50,420 nucleotides of DNA from an uncultured Muribaculaceae bacterium (GCA_964432305.1 CAYSND010000001.1:1-50420); one strand, 5' to 3'. Numbered from the stretch's first letter, positions 26,008 through 35,474 are shown. Program-made: numbers and translations. Notes: generated from the sequence alone by a model not told the origin.

Positions 26008-29000
26008 ATGAGAAAACTTTTATTGCTTTTAATATTCCCTATTTTTATTTTGGGGTGTAATGGTAAGGGAGAGAGTAATTTTACCCAATTTGTAGATCCA
26101 TATATTGGTTCCGGTGACCATGGGCATGTCTTTGTGGGGGCAAATCTCCCTTTTGGATTCGTTCAGCTTGGTCCCAATCAGTTGACTCAAGGGTGGGATT
26201 GGTGCTCAGGTTATAACTGGGTGGATTCTACTATTGTAGGGTTTGGACACCTTCATTTGAGCGGAACAGGAATAGGTGATTTGGGCGATGTGGTTTTAAT
26301 GCCTGCCGTGGGTGAGGTAAAAATGGTAAGAGGGGTGGTAGAAGACCCTGTCTCCGGGATTTACTCACACTTTTCCCATGAAAAGGAGAGTGTGCGTCCC
26401 GGTTTTTACTCTGTTTATCTCGACAGGTATGATATCTCTGTGGAACTCACTGCTACTAAGCGCGTAGGTTTTCATAAATACAAATTCCCTAAATCGGAGG
26501 ATGCAAAGGTTATTTTTGACCTCCAAAGTGGAATCGGGTGGGACACTCCTGTCGATTGTTATATAAAACAGGAGAGTGAAACTCTCTTTAGCGGTTATAG
26601 AAAATCGAAGGGGTGGGCTGAATCTCAGGAGGTCTTTTTCGTGGCAGAATTTTCAAAACCGGTCAAAAGTTTTGCTGTTTACCAATCAGGGGAGTTATTG
26701 GAACAATTCTCCGAAACCCCCACAGGGAAAATATTTGCGGCAGCCTCTTTTGGAACCGAGGAGGGTGAAGAGGTAATGGTAAAAGTGGCATTGTCCCCTG
26801 TAAGTATAGAGAATGCGAAGTTAAATATGAAAGAGGAGCTTTCAGGTTGGGACTTTGCAAAAACTGTCAAAGAGGCGGATAGTGCTTGGAATGAGGAACT
26901 CTCCAAGATTAAGATAGAAACATCAAATCTTTCCGACAAGAAGATATTTTATACTGCCTTATATCATACTATGACTGCTCCATCTCACTTTCAAGATCTG
27001 AACGGGGATTATCGCGGAGCTGATCTAAAGGTCTATAACGACACCTCTTTTCTGAATTATACCACTTTTTCTCTCTGGGATACATATCGGGCAGCTCACC
27101 CCCTTATGACTATAATCCATCCCGAAAAAGTTAAAGATATGGGAAATACCATGATTGATATATTTAAAAAGCAGGGTAAACTCCCCGTTTGGCACCTTAT
27201 GGGGAATGAGACTAACTGTATGGTGGGGAATCCGGGTATTCCGGTTCTTGCCGATATGGTTCTGAAAGGGTATGATATAGATGCAGAGGCTGCTTTTGAG
27301 GCTATGAAAAGCTCCGCGATGTTGGATGAGCGGGGACTTAAATGGATGAAAAAATATGGATATCTCCCTTATGATTTAGAAGATGCAAATGAATCAGTGG
27401 CCAAAACACTCGAATATGCACTTGCCGACTGGTGTGTGGCGCAGGTGGCTCTAAAGCTCGGAAAAATAGAGGATTATAACTATTTTACCAAAAGAAGTAA
27501 GGCATATAAATTTTTCTTTGACTCTGAGAAGAGATTTATGAGGGCTCTTTCATCAAAGGGAAAATTCAGAGAACCATTTGATCCTTTCCGCTCTTCACAT
27601 CGTGTTGATGATTATACGGAAGGGAATGCTTGGCAATATACCTGGCTCGTTCCCCATGATGTTGAGGGACTTGTAGAACTTTTTGGGGGTAAAGTCCCAT
27701 TCATAGAAAAATTAGATTCTCTCTTTACCGTTAAGGGAGATATGGGAGATGAAGCCTCTCCTGACATTTCAGGACTGATAGGACAATATGCCCACGGTAA
27801 TGAACCGAGTCATCATATTATTTACCTCTATACTATGTTAGGTCAGCAGTGGAAAACCGCTGACAGAGTTCGTGAAGTGCTTACGACTCTTTATCATGAT
27901 GCCCCTGCAGGACTCTGTGGAAATGAAGATGTAGGGCAGATGTCGGCATGGTATATAATGTCAGCAATGGGATTTTATCAGGTGGCTCCTGCAGGGGGAG
28001 TCTATTATTTTGGCTCGCCTCTCATGGATAAGGTAACTATTAATGTGGGTGGAGATAAGAACTTTACAATAATAGCCCATAATAATAGTCGTGAAAACAA
28101 GTATGTAAAAAGTATTAAGCTCAACGGGAAAACCCACTCAGAAAATTATATAAAACACTCCGATATAATGGAAGGTGGTCTCCTTGAGTTTGAAATGACC
28201 TCGACACCCCCTCCTGCTCCGTATGGAGCACTCCCTACTTCGCAGCAGATAGAGTGGCAGAAGATGGAGCATTATATGTTTGCTCACTTTGGACCTAACA
28301 CCTTTACTGATGTAGAGTGGGGGGATGGGAAAGAGGATCCAAAAGTCTTTCTCCCTACTGATCTTGATTGTCGTCAATGGGCTAAAATCGCAAAAGAGTC
28401 GGGATTGCAGGGGATAATTGTTACAGCAAAGCATCATGACGGTTTCTGTTTATGGCCTACCAATTACAGCACTCATACTGTTAGAGAGTCCCTTTGGAAA
28501 GAGGGTAAAGGGGATGTTATAAAAGAACTCTCAGAGGCTTGTAAGGAGTATGGTATTAAGATGGGGGTCTATCTCTCCCCTTGGGATCAAAATCACCCTA
28601 CTTACGGAACAGCAGATTATAATAAGGTCTTTGCAGCTACGCTTGATGAAATCCTCTCCTCGTATGGAGATATTTTTGAACAGTGGTTTGACGGAGCTTG
28701 TGGGGTGGATATGAAATTCCAATATGATTGGAAGTTGTTTAGAGAGACAGTTTATAAAAATCAGCCAAACGCCATTATATTTAGTGATACAGGACCGGGG
28801 TGTAGATGGATAGGGAATGAAAGAGGGTTTGCAGGTGCTACCAACTGGAGTACTATTAATCTTGCAGGGTACCTCCCTGGGAGAGAGTCCCCTTCATTGG
28901 ATACTCTAAATAGTGGAAACTGCAATGGCTCTCACTGGAGTGCAGGTGAGGTAGATGTATCGATTCGTCCGGGGTGGTTTTATTCCCCCTCTACCGATAA

Positions 29001-30276
29001 TCAAGTTAAGAGTGTGAGTAAACTTATGCAGATATATTATGAGTCAGTAGGTAGAAATGCCACACTTTTATTAAATGTCCCTCCTGACCGCAGGGGTAAA
29101 ATACACCCTAATGACTCCCTCAGACTTATGGAGTTTAAGAGAGAGAGAGATGCTGCTTTTAAAAACAGGATATTACCTAAATCGGTTTTGTCGGATAATA
29201 TTAGAGGAGGAGAGGGTTCAAGCTATTCTCCCTCAAATATTATTGATAATGATTATGATACTTATTGGGCTACCGATGATGCTGTTACGTTAGCTTCTGT
29301 TACTCTTAATCTAAAGAATAATAGTAAAGTCAATATGATTTTACTCCAAGAGTTTATTCCTCTTGGTCAGAGAATTAAAGAATTTAATGTAGAGTCTCTT
29401 AATGATAAAGGGGAGTGGGTTAAAATAGCCTCGGGAACGACTATCGGTTACAAAAGAATAATTCGTTTTAATGAGGTACAGACCTCAGGAATAAGAGTAA
29501 ATATTACTAAATCTTTAGCTCCTCCAACACTCAATAATATAGAATTATACCATAATAAACAGGAGTGGAAAGAGGTATGGAGGGAGGATTTCAATGGTAA
29601 TGCTGTAGATACTCTTATATGGTCAAGAGTCCCAAGAGACTATCCCGACTGGAAAAATAAGATGGCGGATGATGATTCGCTTGTATGGGTGAAAGATGGA
29701 AACCTTATTCTTAGAGGTGTGGTGAATGGGACTAAACCTGAAGATACTTCTGCATTTTTAACGGGAGGAATTTGGGGAAAATATAAAAAATCTTTTTGGG
29801 CAGGAAGAGTTGATATAAAGGCCAAAATAGATTGTGGAACCGGTTTTTGGCCCGCCCTTTGGCTCCTCCCTGATCATCAGAAATGGCCCCATGGAGGGGA
29901 GATAGATATAATGGAGCACCTTAATAGGGATAGTATAGTCTATCAAACAGCCCACTCTCCCTATACTCAACTCTTAGGGATAAAAGAGGATCCACAACAC
30001 TCCGCTCTTATTAAATACAATCCCGGAGAGTTTAATATTTACAGTGTAGAGATTCACACCGATAGCTTGGTCTTTTTTGTGAATGGTAAGAGGAACTTCA
30101 CGTATCCTAGAATAGAGACTCCGCATAAAGGACAATTCCCATTTGCAGACAACCCCTTCTATCTCATTTTATCTGCACAGCTTGGTGGCTCATGGGTAGG
30201 TGAGGTAAATCCTGCTGATCTCCCTTTAGCAATGAGTGTGGATTGGATTAAATTTTCGGAATTAAGAAGTAAATAA
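26008..30276 (+). CDS. Multi-catalytic lipoprotein: GH92 alpha-mannosidase + GH29 alpha-L-fucosidase + F5/8-type-C (CBM32-like) + GH16
   Basis: One uninterrupted 1422-codon ORF with ATG start and lipobox FILGC. Module motifs are listed in the four domain features below. Only the first module has a signal peptide. Confidence 0.85.
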   Translation: MRKLLLLLIFPIFILGCNGKGESNFTQFVDPYIGSGDHGHVFVGANLPFGFVQLGPNQLTQGWDWCSGYNWVDSTIVGFGHLHLSGTGIGDLGDVVLMPAVGEVKMVRGVVEDPVSGIYSHFSHEKESVRPGFYSVYLDRYDISVELTATKRVGFHKYKFPKSEDAKVIFDLQSGIGWDTPVDCYIKQESETLFSGYRKSKGWAESQEVFFVAEFSKPVKSFAVYQSGELLEQFSETPTGKIFAAASFGTEEGEEVMVKVALSPVSIENAKLNMKEELSGWDFAKTVKEADSAWNEELSKIKIETSNLSDKKIFYTALYHTMTAPSHFQDLNGDYRGADLKVYNDTSFLNYTTFSLWDTYRAAHPLMTIIHPEKVKDMGNTMIDIFKKQGKLPVWHLMGNETNCMVGNPGIPVLADMVLKGYDIDAEAAFEAMKSSAMLDERGLKWMKKYGYLPYDLEDANESVAKTLEYALADWCVAQVALKLGKIEDYNYFTKRSKAYKFFFDSEKRFMRALSSKGKFREPFDPFRSSHRVDDYTEGNAWQYTWLVPHDVEGLVELFGGKVPFIEKLDSLFTVKGDMGDEASPDISGLIGQYAHGNEPSHHIIYLYTMLGQQWKTADRVREVLTTLYHDAPAGLCGNEDVGQMSAWYIMSAMGFYQVAPAGGVYYFGSPLMDKVTINVGGDKNFTIIAHNNSRENKYVKSIKLNGKTHSENYIKHSDIMEGGLLEFEMTSTPPPAPYGALPTSQQIEWQKMEHYMFAHFGPNTFTDVEWGDGKEDPKVFLPTDLDCRQWAKIAKESGLQGIIVTAKHHDGFCLWPTNYSTHTVRESLWKEGKGDVIKELSEACKEYGIKMGVYLSPWDQNHPTYGTADYNKVFAATLDEILSSYGDIFEQWFDGACGVDMKFQYDWKLFRETVYKNQPNAIIFSDTGPGCRWIGNERGFAGATNWSTINLAGYLPGRESPSLDTLNSGNCNGSHWSAGEVDVSIRPGWFYSPSTDNQVKSVSKLMQIYYESVGRNATLLLNVPPDRRGKIHPNDSLRLMEFKRERDAAFKNRILPKSVLSDNIRGGEGSSYSPSNIIDNDYDTYWATDDAVTLASVTLNLKNNSKVNMILLQEFIPLGQRIKEFNVESLNDKGEWVKIASGTTIGYKRIIRFNEVQTSGIRVNITKSLAPPTLNNIELYHNKQEWKEVWREDFNGNAVDTLIWSRVPRDYPDWKNKMADDDSLVWVKDGNLILRGVVNGTKPEDTSAFLTGGIWGKYKKSFWAGRVDIKAKIDCGTGFWPALWLLPDHQKWPHGGEIDIMEHLNRDSIVYQTAHSPYTQLLGIKEDPQHSALIKYNPGEFNIYSVEIHTDSLVFFVNGKRNFTYPRIETPHKGQFPFADNPFYLILSAQLGGSWVGEVNPADLPLAMSVDWIKFSELRSK
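26077..28203 (+). other. GH92 module of the fusion (aa ~24-732)
   Basis: Contains FVDPYIGSG..GH, FSLWDTYRA, YTEGNAWQYTW (Glu codon at 27619-27621), YAHGNEPSHH and CGNEDVGQMSAWY (Asp codon at 27928-27930). Ends ...GGLLEFEMTS before the Pro-rich linker TSTPPPAPYG (28198-28227). Confidence 0.85.
28243..29172 (+). other. GH29 alpha-L-fucosidase module (aa ~746-1055)
   Basis: Contains QQIEWQKMEHYMFAHFGPNTF, AKHHDGFCLWPT and the nucleophile context FEQWFDGA (Asp codon at 28690-28692). The ELWFDGA-type motif plus a following discoidin domain is the GH29-B-like layout. Confidence 0.8.
29185..29556 (+). other. F5/8 type C (discoidin / CBM32-like) module (aa ~1060-1183)
   Basis: Contains NIIDNDYDTYWATDD...ILLQEF...IKEFNVES...WVKIASGTTIGYKRIIRF...IRVNI. 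Confidence 0.7.
29563..30273 (+). other. GH16 module (aa ~1186-1422)
   Basis: Begins WKEVWREDFNG, then GFWPALWLLP and the catalytic E-I-D-I-M-E encoded at 29899-29916. Ends MSVDWIKF. Confidence 0.8.
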
Positions 30277-30279
30277 AAC

Positions 30280-31947
30280 ATGAGAAGGATAACATTTCTA
30301 CTAATATCTCTTTTTCTACTTATCGGATGTAAAGATAGGGGGATGACTCTGATTAAGTTCAAACAGGGTACATATCATTACTACTCTTCAGAGGCATTTA
30401 TAAGGGACTATTATATCTCTAACCACGACCAGGTTACACCAAAAAAGATTGCTATCCCTATCGATGGTCTTGAGGATATTATTTTAGATGGAAATGGCTC
30501 ACACCTGATAATGCATAATCAAATTATCCCTATATCAATAGTCAATTCTAAAAATATTAAACTCAGAAATTTTACCATAGATTACGATAATCCACATATT
30601 ATTCAAGCTAAAGTGCTTGAGAATGACACTACAAATAGATTTATAATTTTTGAAACAGCCCCCTGGGTACAATATGTTATTAAAGACTCCCTCTTTTATG
30701 GAGTAGGGGAGGATTGGGAATATCACCCTACCATAGCAAGCGTATTCGAGGGGGATACTAAAAGGGTACTCTATAATTCGAGTGATATTTCTCTTCATAT
30801 TAATAGGGTGGAGGAGATTAGTAAAGGGGTTATAAAAGCCAATGGGTGGTTTGACAAAAGACTGCTCCCCGGTACCGTTATGGCTATGCGAACATATTAT
30901 CGTCCTAATCCCGGTATATTTATCAGTGGCTCTAAGGATATTACGATAGAAAATGTTACTGTTCACTACGCTGAGGGGATGGGGCTTTTGGCACAAATGA
31001 GTGAAAATATAACGTTAAATAATTTCTCTGTCGCCTTAAAAGGGGCTACTGATCCCCGTTATTTTACCACCCAGGCAGATGCGACACATTTTTCGGGGTG
31101 TAAAGGGGTAATAATCTCCCAAAATGGTCTTTATGAAGGGATGATGGATGATGCCATTAATGTTCATGGTACCTATTTGAAAATAGTAAAGAGGGTGGAT
31201 GATAGGAGTGTGGTAGGGAGATATATGCATCCTCAAAGCTACGGTTTCTTATGGGGGGAAGCAGGTGATACTGTTAATTTCATACGCTCCAATACTATGG
31301 ATATCGTAGGTGATAATTATATTATAGAGAGTATTAACCCCTATGATATAGAGAGAGTTTGGGGAGCGAAAGAGTTTCTTGTAACATTTACCACCGGTAT
31401 AGATACCTGCATAAACGAAAATGTCGGTTTCGGTATGGAGAACCTCTCTTGGACGCCCGAGGTTTACTTTAAAAACAATATTATTCGGAACAATAGGGCT
31501 CGCGGAGCACTTTTCAGCACTCCGAAAAAAGTGGTCGTGCAGAGGAATGTATTTGACCATACTTCCGGAACTGGGATTCTTCTCTGTGGGGACTGCAACG
31601 GGTGGTATGAAACAGGCTCTTGTAGAGACATTACCATAAGAAGGAATGTCTTTATAAATGCTCTGACCTCATATTATCAGTTTACAAATGCAGTAATATC
31701 TATATATCCCGTTATACCAGACCTCGAAAATCAGCAGAGTTATTTCCATGGACGTGGTCCTAAGAGTATTAGAATTGAGAAGAATACCTTTAAGACATTT
31801 GACCATCCTATTCTCTATGCAAAATCAGTTAATGGCCTTATCTTCAAAGGGAATTATATTGAGAAGAATAACGACTACCCCCCATTTCATTGGAACAAGG
31901 AGCGGGTTTTACTTGAGAGAGTAATAAATGATGATATAGAGAAGTAG
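30280..31947 (+). CDS. Right-handed parallel beta-helix glycosidase, GH110-like (alpha-1,3-galactosidase candidate)
   Basis: 555 aa. Lipobox LLIGC. The N-terminus FKQGTYHYYSSEAFIRDYYISNHD...ILDGNGSHLIMHNQIIPISIVNSKNIKLRNFTIDY resembles my recollection of GH110 enzymes. Also has PbH1-like repeats (DDAINVHGTY, NNRARGALFSTP). Confidence 0.55.
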   Translation: MRRITFLLISLFLLIGCKDRGMTLIKFKQGTYHYYSSEAFIRDYYISNHDQVTPKKIAIPIDGLEDIILDGNGSHLIMHNQIIPISIVNSKNIKLRNFTIDYDNPHIIQAKVLENDTTNRFIIFETAPWVQYVIKDSLFYGVGEDWEYHPTIASVFEGDTKRVLYNSSDISLHINRVEEISKGVIKANGWFDKRLLPGTVMAMRTYYRPNPGIFISGSKDITIENVTVHYAEGMGLLAQMSENITLNNFSVALKGATDPRYFTTQADATHFSGCKGVIISQNGLYEGMMDDAINVHGTYLKIVKRVDDRSVVGRYMHPQSYGFLWGEAGDTVNFIRSNTMDIVGDNYIIESINPYDIERVWGAKEFLVTFTTGIDTCINENVGFGMENLSWTPEVYFKNNIIRNNRARGALFSTPKKVVVQRNVFDHTSGTGILLCGDCNGWYETGSCRDITIRRNVFINALTSYYQFTNAVISIYPVIPDLENQQSYFHGRGPKSIRIEKNTFKTFDHPILYAKSVNGLIFKGNYIEKNNDYPPFHWNKERVLLERVINDDIEK

Positions 31948-31993
31948 TCTATTTGTTTTTTTCCTAACTTTACAACAATTAAATCTATATAGA

Positions 31994-33106
31994 ATGTATA
32001 AAAACGATAAGAGAATAGTAATGACGCTTGATGCCGGCGGAACTAATTTTACCTTTTCTGCTATACGTGGCGGTGAATATATTCTTGAACCCATTACGCT
32101 CCCCTCTATGGCAAAGGAGAAAGATGCTTGTTTAGGGAATATAATAAATGGCTTCACTGTTCTTAAAAGAGAATTACCGGAACCCCCTTCTGCTATTAGC
32201 TTTGCTTTTCCCGGTCCGGCAGATTACCCTGCTGGAATTATAGGTGATTTACCTAACTTTCCCTCTTTTAGAGGGGGCGTGGCTCTTGGGCCATTCCTTT
32301 CCGATTACTTTAAGATTCCTGTTTTTATTAATAACGATGCGGATCTTTTTGCATATGGTGAGGCATTGACAGGTGCTTTGCCTGAAGTCAATAGAAGACT
32401 TGCCGATTTAGGGAGCATGAAAAGGTATAATAATCTTCTTGGAATTACTGTAGGAACCGGATTTGGGGCGGGTGTGGTTATAGATGGACATCTTATGAGG
32501 GGGGACAATGCCGTAGCAGGTGAGATTTGGTGTCTAAGAAATAAGAAATATCCCCATTGTATAGTTGAAGAGAGTGTAAGTAATAGAGCTGTTCAGAGAG
32601 TCTACTCAAACCTCTCAGGGGATAATACTTTTATGACCTCAAAACATATTTATGAAATAGCTAAGGGAATAAGGGATGGGGACAAAGGGGCTGCTATAGC
32701 CGCTTTTGAAGAGTTAGGAGAGATAGCCGGGTGTGCAATAGCTGATGCGATCGCTATAATAGATGGACTTATTGTTTTTGGAGGTGGACTTTCAGGGGCT
32801 TCAGAGTTTATAATCCCCTCTATGATAAGGGAGATGAATAGAACAATAACTAAACTCAACGGAGAAATGTTCCATCGTCTCCAAATGAGAACCTTTAATC
32901 TTGATAATGAAAAAGAATTTGAAACATTTGCCAAAGGTGAAGTTGTGAAAATTGAGGTCTTTGGCACATCGAGGATGGTTGACTATGATAACTTTAAAAG
33001 GACAGGTATCATTACCACCAAACAGGGAAGCAATAAATCTGTTGCTATAGGTGCCTACTATTTTGCTTTAGAAAAATTAGATTCTACTAAAAAGACCTCT
33101 CGATGA
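31994..33106 (+). CDS. ROK-family sugar kinase (cytoplasmic; divergent)
   Basis: 370 aa with no signal peptide. Contains MTLDAGGTNFTFS and ITVGTGFGAGVVIDGHLMRG. The stop overlaps the next GH92 start by 4 nt. Confidence 0.7.
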   Translation: MYKNDKRIVMTLDAGGTNFTFSAIRGGEYILEPITLPSMAKEKDACLGNIINGFTVLKRELPEPPSAISFAFPGPADYPAGIIGDLPNFPSFRGGVALGPFLSDYFKIPVFINNDADLFAYGEALTGALPEVNRRLADLGSMKRYNNLLGITVGTGFGAGVVIDGHLMRGDNAVAGEIWCLRNKKYPHCIVEESVSNRAVQRVYSNLSGDNTFMTSKHIYEIAKGIRDGDKGAAIAAFEELGEIAGCAIADAIAIIDGLIVFGGGLSGASEFIIPSMIREMNRTITKLNGEMFHRLQMRTFNLDNEKEFETFAKGEVVKIEVFGTSRMVDYDNFKRTGIITTKQGSNKSVAIGAYYFALEKLDSTKKTSR

Positions 33107-35382
33107 AACGATCCCTTTTTTTATTCTTCTGCACAGCCTCTTTCCTATTATATACCTCTTGCAATTTAGTAAATGATTCATCAAAAGATTACACTCAATA
33201 TGTAAATCCTCATATAGGAACAGCTCATTGCAGGTGGTTTCATTTTACCCCCGGTGCTCTTCCTTTCGGAATGGCTAAACCAGCCCCCTCTACTAATGCA
33301 CATTTAGGTAATAAATGGGGTTGGGAGGCAACAGGGTATGATTACCGCGATATAACTATTGAAGGTTTTCCATGTCTTCATGAATTTCAGATAGGGGGGA
33401 TAGTCCTTATGCCTACCGTGGGAGCTTTGGAGACTCTCCCCGGGAGTGTAAATGATACAAGTGGTAAAGGGTATCGTTCTCAATTCTCTCATAATAATGA
33501 ATTTGCTACTGCCGGATACTACTCGGTACTGTTGGATAAATATAATATAAAGGCAGAGTTGACAGCCACTAAAAGGGTAGCTTTTCAGAGATATACATTT
33601 CCCAAAAGTAGCGAGAGCAGAATCTTATTCGATATAGGGAACAGACAAGGGGAGAGCGGAGCGGTTAAAGATGCCAAGGTAACCTATATTGGTGGAGGAA
33701 GAGTAGAGGGGTGGGTTACTACTATTCCGGAATATGTAAAAAAATATCAGCCCGGGGCAGATGTTACACTCTTTTTCTCCGCATTATTAGACAAAGAACC
33801 ATCAGAATTTGGTGCCTTTAATGGAGACTCTATCTATCCGGATAAGAATGAGGCTTGTGGTATAGGAGCAGGAGTTTATCTTGGATTTAATACTTCCTAT
33901 TCCGAGAAAATAACAGTAAAGGTGGGGCTCTCTTATACCTCAGTGGAAAATGCGAGAATAAACTTGGATGCAGAGGCGACAGATATTACTTTTGACGACG
34001 CAAAAGACTCTGCCAAAAAAATATGGAATGAATATCTTGGTCGTATAGAGGTAGAGACCTCAAATAATGATGATTTGGTTAAGTTCTACACAAGTCTCTA
34101 TCATGCACTCTTAGGGAGGGGATTGGCAAGTGATATAAATGGCAGTTACCCTAAATTCGATGGAACAGTTGGGCAGATACCATTGAAAAACGGCAAACCT
34201 ATTCATAATCATTATAACACAGATGCGATGTGGGGTGCTCAGTGGAATTTGAATCAACTCTGGATTCTTGCCTATCCTGAGCATAGCTCGGATTTTATAA
34301 GTAGTCACCTTTTAGTCTATAAAGACTCCGGTTGGTTAGCTGATGGTATAGCTAATAGCAGATATGTTTCAGGAGTAGGAACGAATATGTTATCGCTCTT
34401 AATCAGTGCTGCATATTCTTGCGGAATAAGGGACTTTGATGTAGATTTAGCGTATGAAGCCTCTCTTAAAAATGAGATTGACGGATTAAACAGACCATTA
34501 GGTGCCGGAAGGGTTGATACAGACAGATTTACTCAATATGGCTATGTACCTCATCAAGATTCAGGAATAGGTCCGGATGAATCATTTCTTTTTTCCGCTT
34601 CACATACTCTCGAATATTCTTTCTCCTGTTGGGCTGTAGCTCAGTGGGCAAAATCTCTCGGGAAAATGGATGATTATGAAAAACTCATCTCCCTCTCAAA
34701 GGGGTGGGAGCGTCTATATGACCCCTCTACTAATTTTATAAGACCTAAAATGGTAGATGGAAGATTTATCGATAACTTCGATCCAATGCAAGTTTGGAGA
34801 GGATTCCAAGAAGGAAACGCTTGGCAATATACCTTTTATGTTCCACACGACATAGAGTCTCTAGTGAGCAAAGTGGGTAAAGAAAATTTTAATAACCGAC
34901 TCGACTCCATTTTTACAGTTTCACAGGCAAATCTCTTTAGCGGAGGGACTACAATAGATGCTTTTTCAGGTCTTAAAACTCTCTATAATCATGGTAATCA
35001 GCCCTGTTTACATATATCTTGGCTTTTTAATGAGACAGGAAAACCTGAGCTGTCAGAGAAATGGGTAAAAGCTATTCTTAATGAATTTTACGGGACAGAT
35101 GGTATTCATGGTTACGGATATGGTCAAGATGAAGATCAGGGACAACTCGGAGCCTGGTATGTAATGAGTTCCATAGGACTTTTTGATATTAAGGGACTCA
35201 CCGGGGAGACCCCTTCCTTTTCAGTAGGCTCTCCTTTGTTTGATAAGGTAACCATTAAGCTCTCCAATAAGTATTATTCAGGAGGTAAATTTGTCTTAGA
35301 GTTAAAATCTGATTCCCGTAATACTGCTTTAGCTACTAGACTCCCTTTTAAATCTGTAGTTAAAGGGGGAAAATTATATTAA
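33103..35382 (+). CDS. GH92 alpha-mannosidase lipoprotein
   Basis: 759 aa. Lipobox LYTSC. Contains YVNPHIGT, FQEGNAWQYTF and GQDEDQGQLGAWYVMSS. Confidence 0.9.
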   Translation: MKRSLFLFFCTASFLLYTSCNLVNDSSKDYTQYVNPHIGTAHCRWFHFTPGALPFGMAKPAPSTNAHLGNKWGWEATGYDYRDITIEGFPCLHEFQIGGIVLMPTVGALETLPGSVNDTSGKGYRSQFSHNNEFATAGYYSVLLDKYNIKAELTATKRVAFQRYTFPKSSESRILFDIGNRQGESGAVKDAKVTYIGGGRVEGWVTTIPEYVKKYQPGADVTLFFSALLDKEPSEFGAFNGDSIYPDKNEACGIGAGVYLGFNTSYSEKITVKVGLSYTSVENARINLDAEATDITFDDAKDSAKKIWNEYLGRIEVETSNNDDLVKFYTSLYHALLGRGLASDINGSYPKFDGTVGQIPLKNGKPIHNHYNTDAMWGAQWNLNQLWILAYPEHSSDFISSHLLVYKDSGWLADGIANSRYVSGVGTNMLSLLISAAYSCGIRDFDVDLAYEASLKNEIDGLNRPLGAGRVDTDRFTQYGYVPHQDSGIGPDESFLFSASHTLEYSFSCWAVAQWAKSLGKMDDYEKLISLSKGWERLYDPSTNFIRPKMVDGRFIDNFDPMQVWRGFQEGNAWQYTFYVPHDIESLVSKVGKENFNNRLDSIFTVSQANLFSGGTTIDAFSGLKTLYNHGNQPCLHISWLFNETGKPELSEKWVKAILNEFYGTDGIHGYGYGQDEDQGQLGAWYVMSSIGLFDIKGLTGETPSFSVGSPLFDKVTIKLSNKYYSGGKFVLELKSDSRNTALATRLPFKSVVKGGKLY

Positions 35383-35437
35383 AAATTAAAAAATAATATT
35401 TTTTTCACATTTATTTGGAGATTAATATTTTTAATTA

Positions 35438-35445
35438 TACTTTTG
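35438..35445 (+). promoter_or_regulatory. Candidate promoter for the regulator (-7 TACTTTTG with upstream TTTG at 35414-35417)
   Basis: TACTTTTG plus a TTTG element 20 nt upstream matches the two-part Bacteroides consensus. It lies 68 nt upstream of the ATG at 35514. Confidence 0.5.
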
Positions 35446-35454
35446 TTTCCACAT

Positions 35455-35474
35455 CAGCACAGTACAGCACAGTA
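35455..35474 (+). repeat. Perfect tandem 10-bp direct repeat (CAGCACAGTA x2) in the regulator leader
   Basis: Read directly from the sequence. It begins 9 nt after the -7 box and is enclosed by the 8-bp inverted repeat TTTCCACA (35446-35453) / TGTGGAAA (35505-35512). Confidence 0.6.

Noticed and set aside
34993-35004. GNQP instead of GNEP in two GH92s (here and at 42399-42413), which first looked like loss of a catalytic Glu
   Set aside because: In the characterised B. thetaiotaomicron GH92 (Bt3990), as I recall it, the acid/base spacing is Glu533 against Asp642/Asp644. That spacing places the catalytic Glu about 100-110 residues upstream of the D-x-D/N-E-D motif. This is the EGNAW motif, which is intact in all four GH92 modules. 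The GNEP/GNQP position is therefore probably not the general acid, so there is no basis for calling these enzymes inactive.
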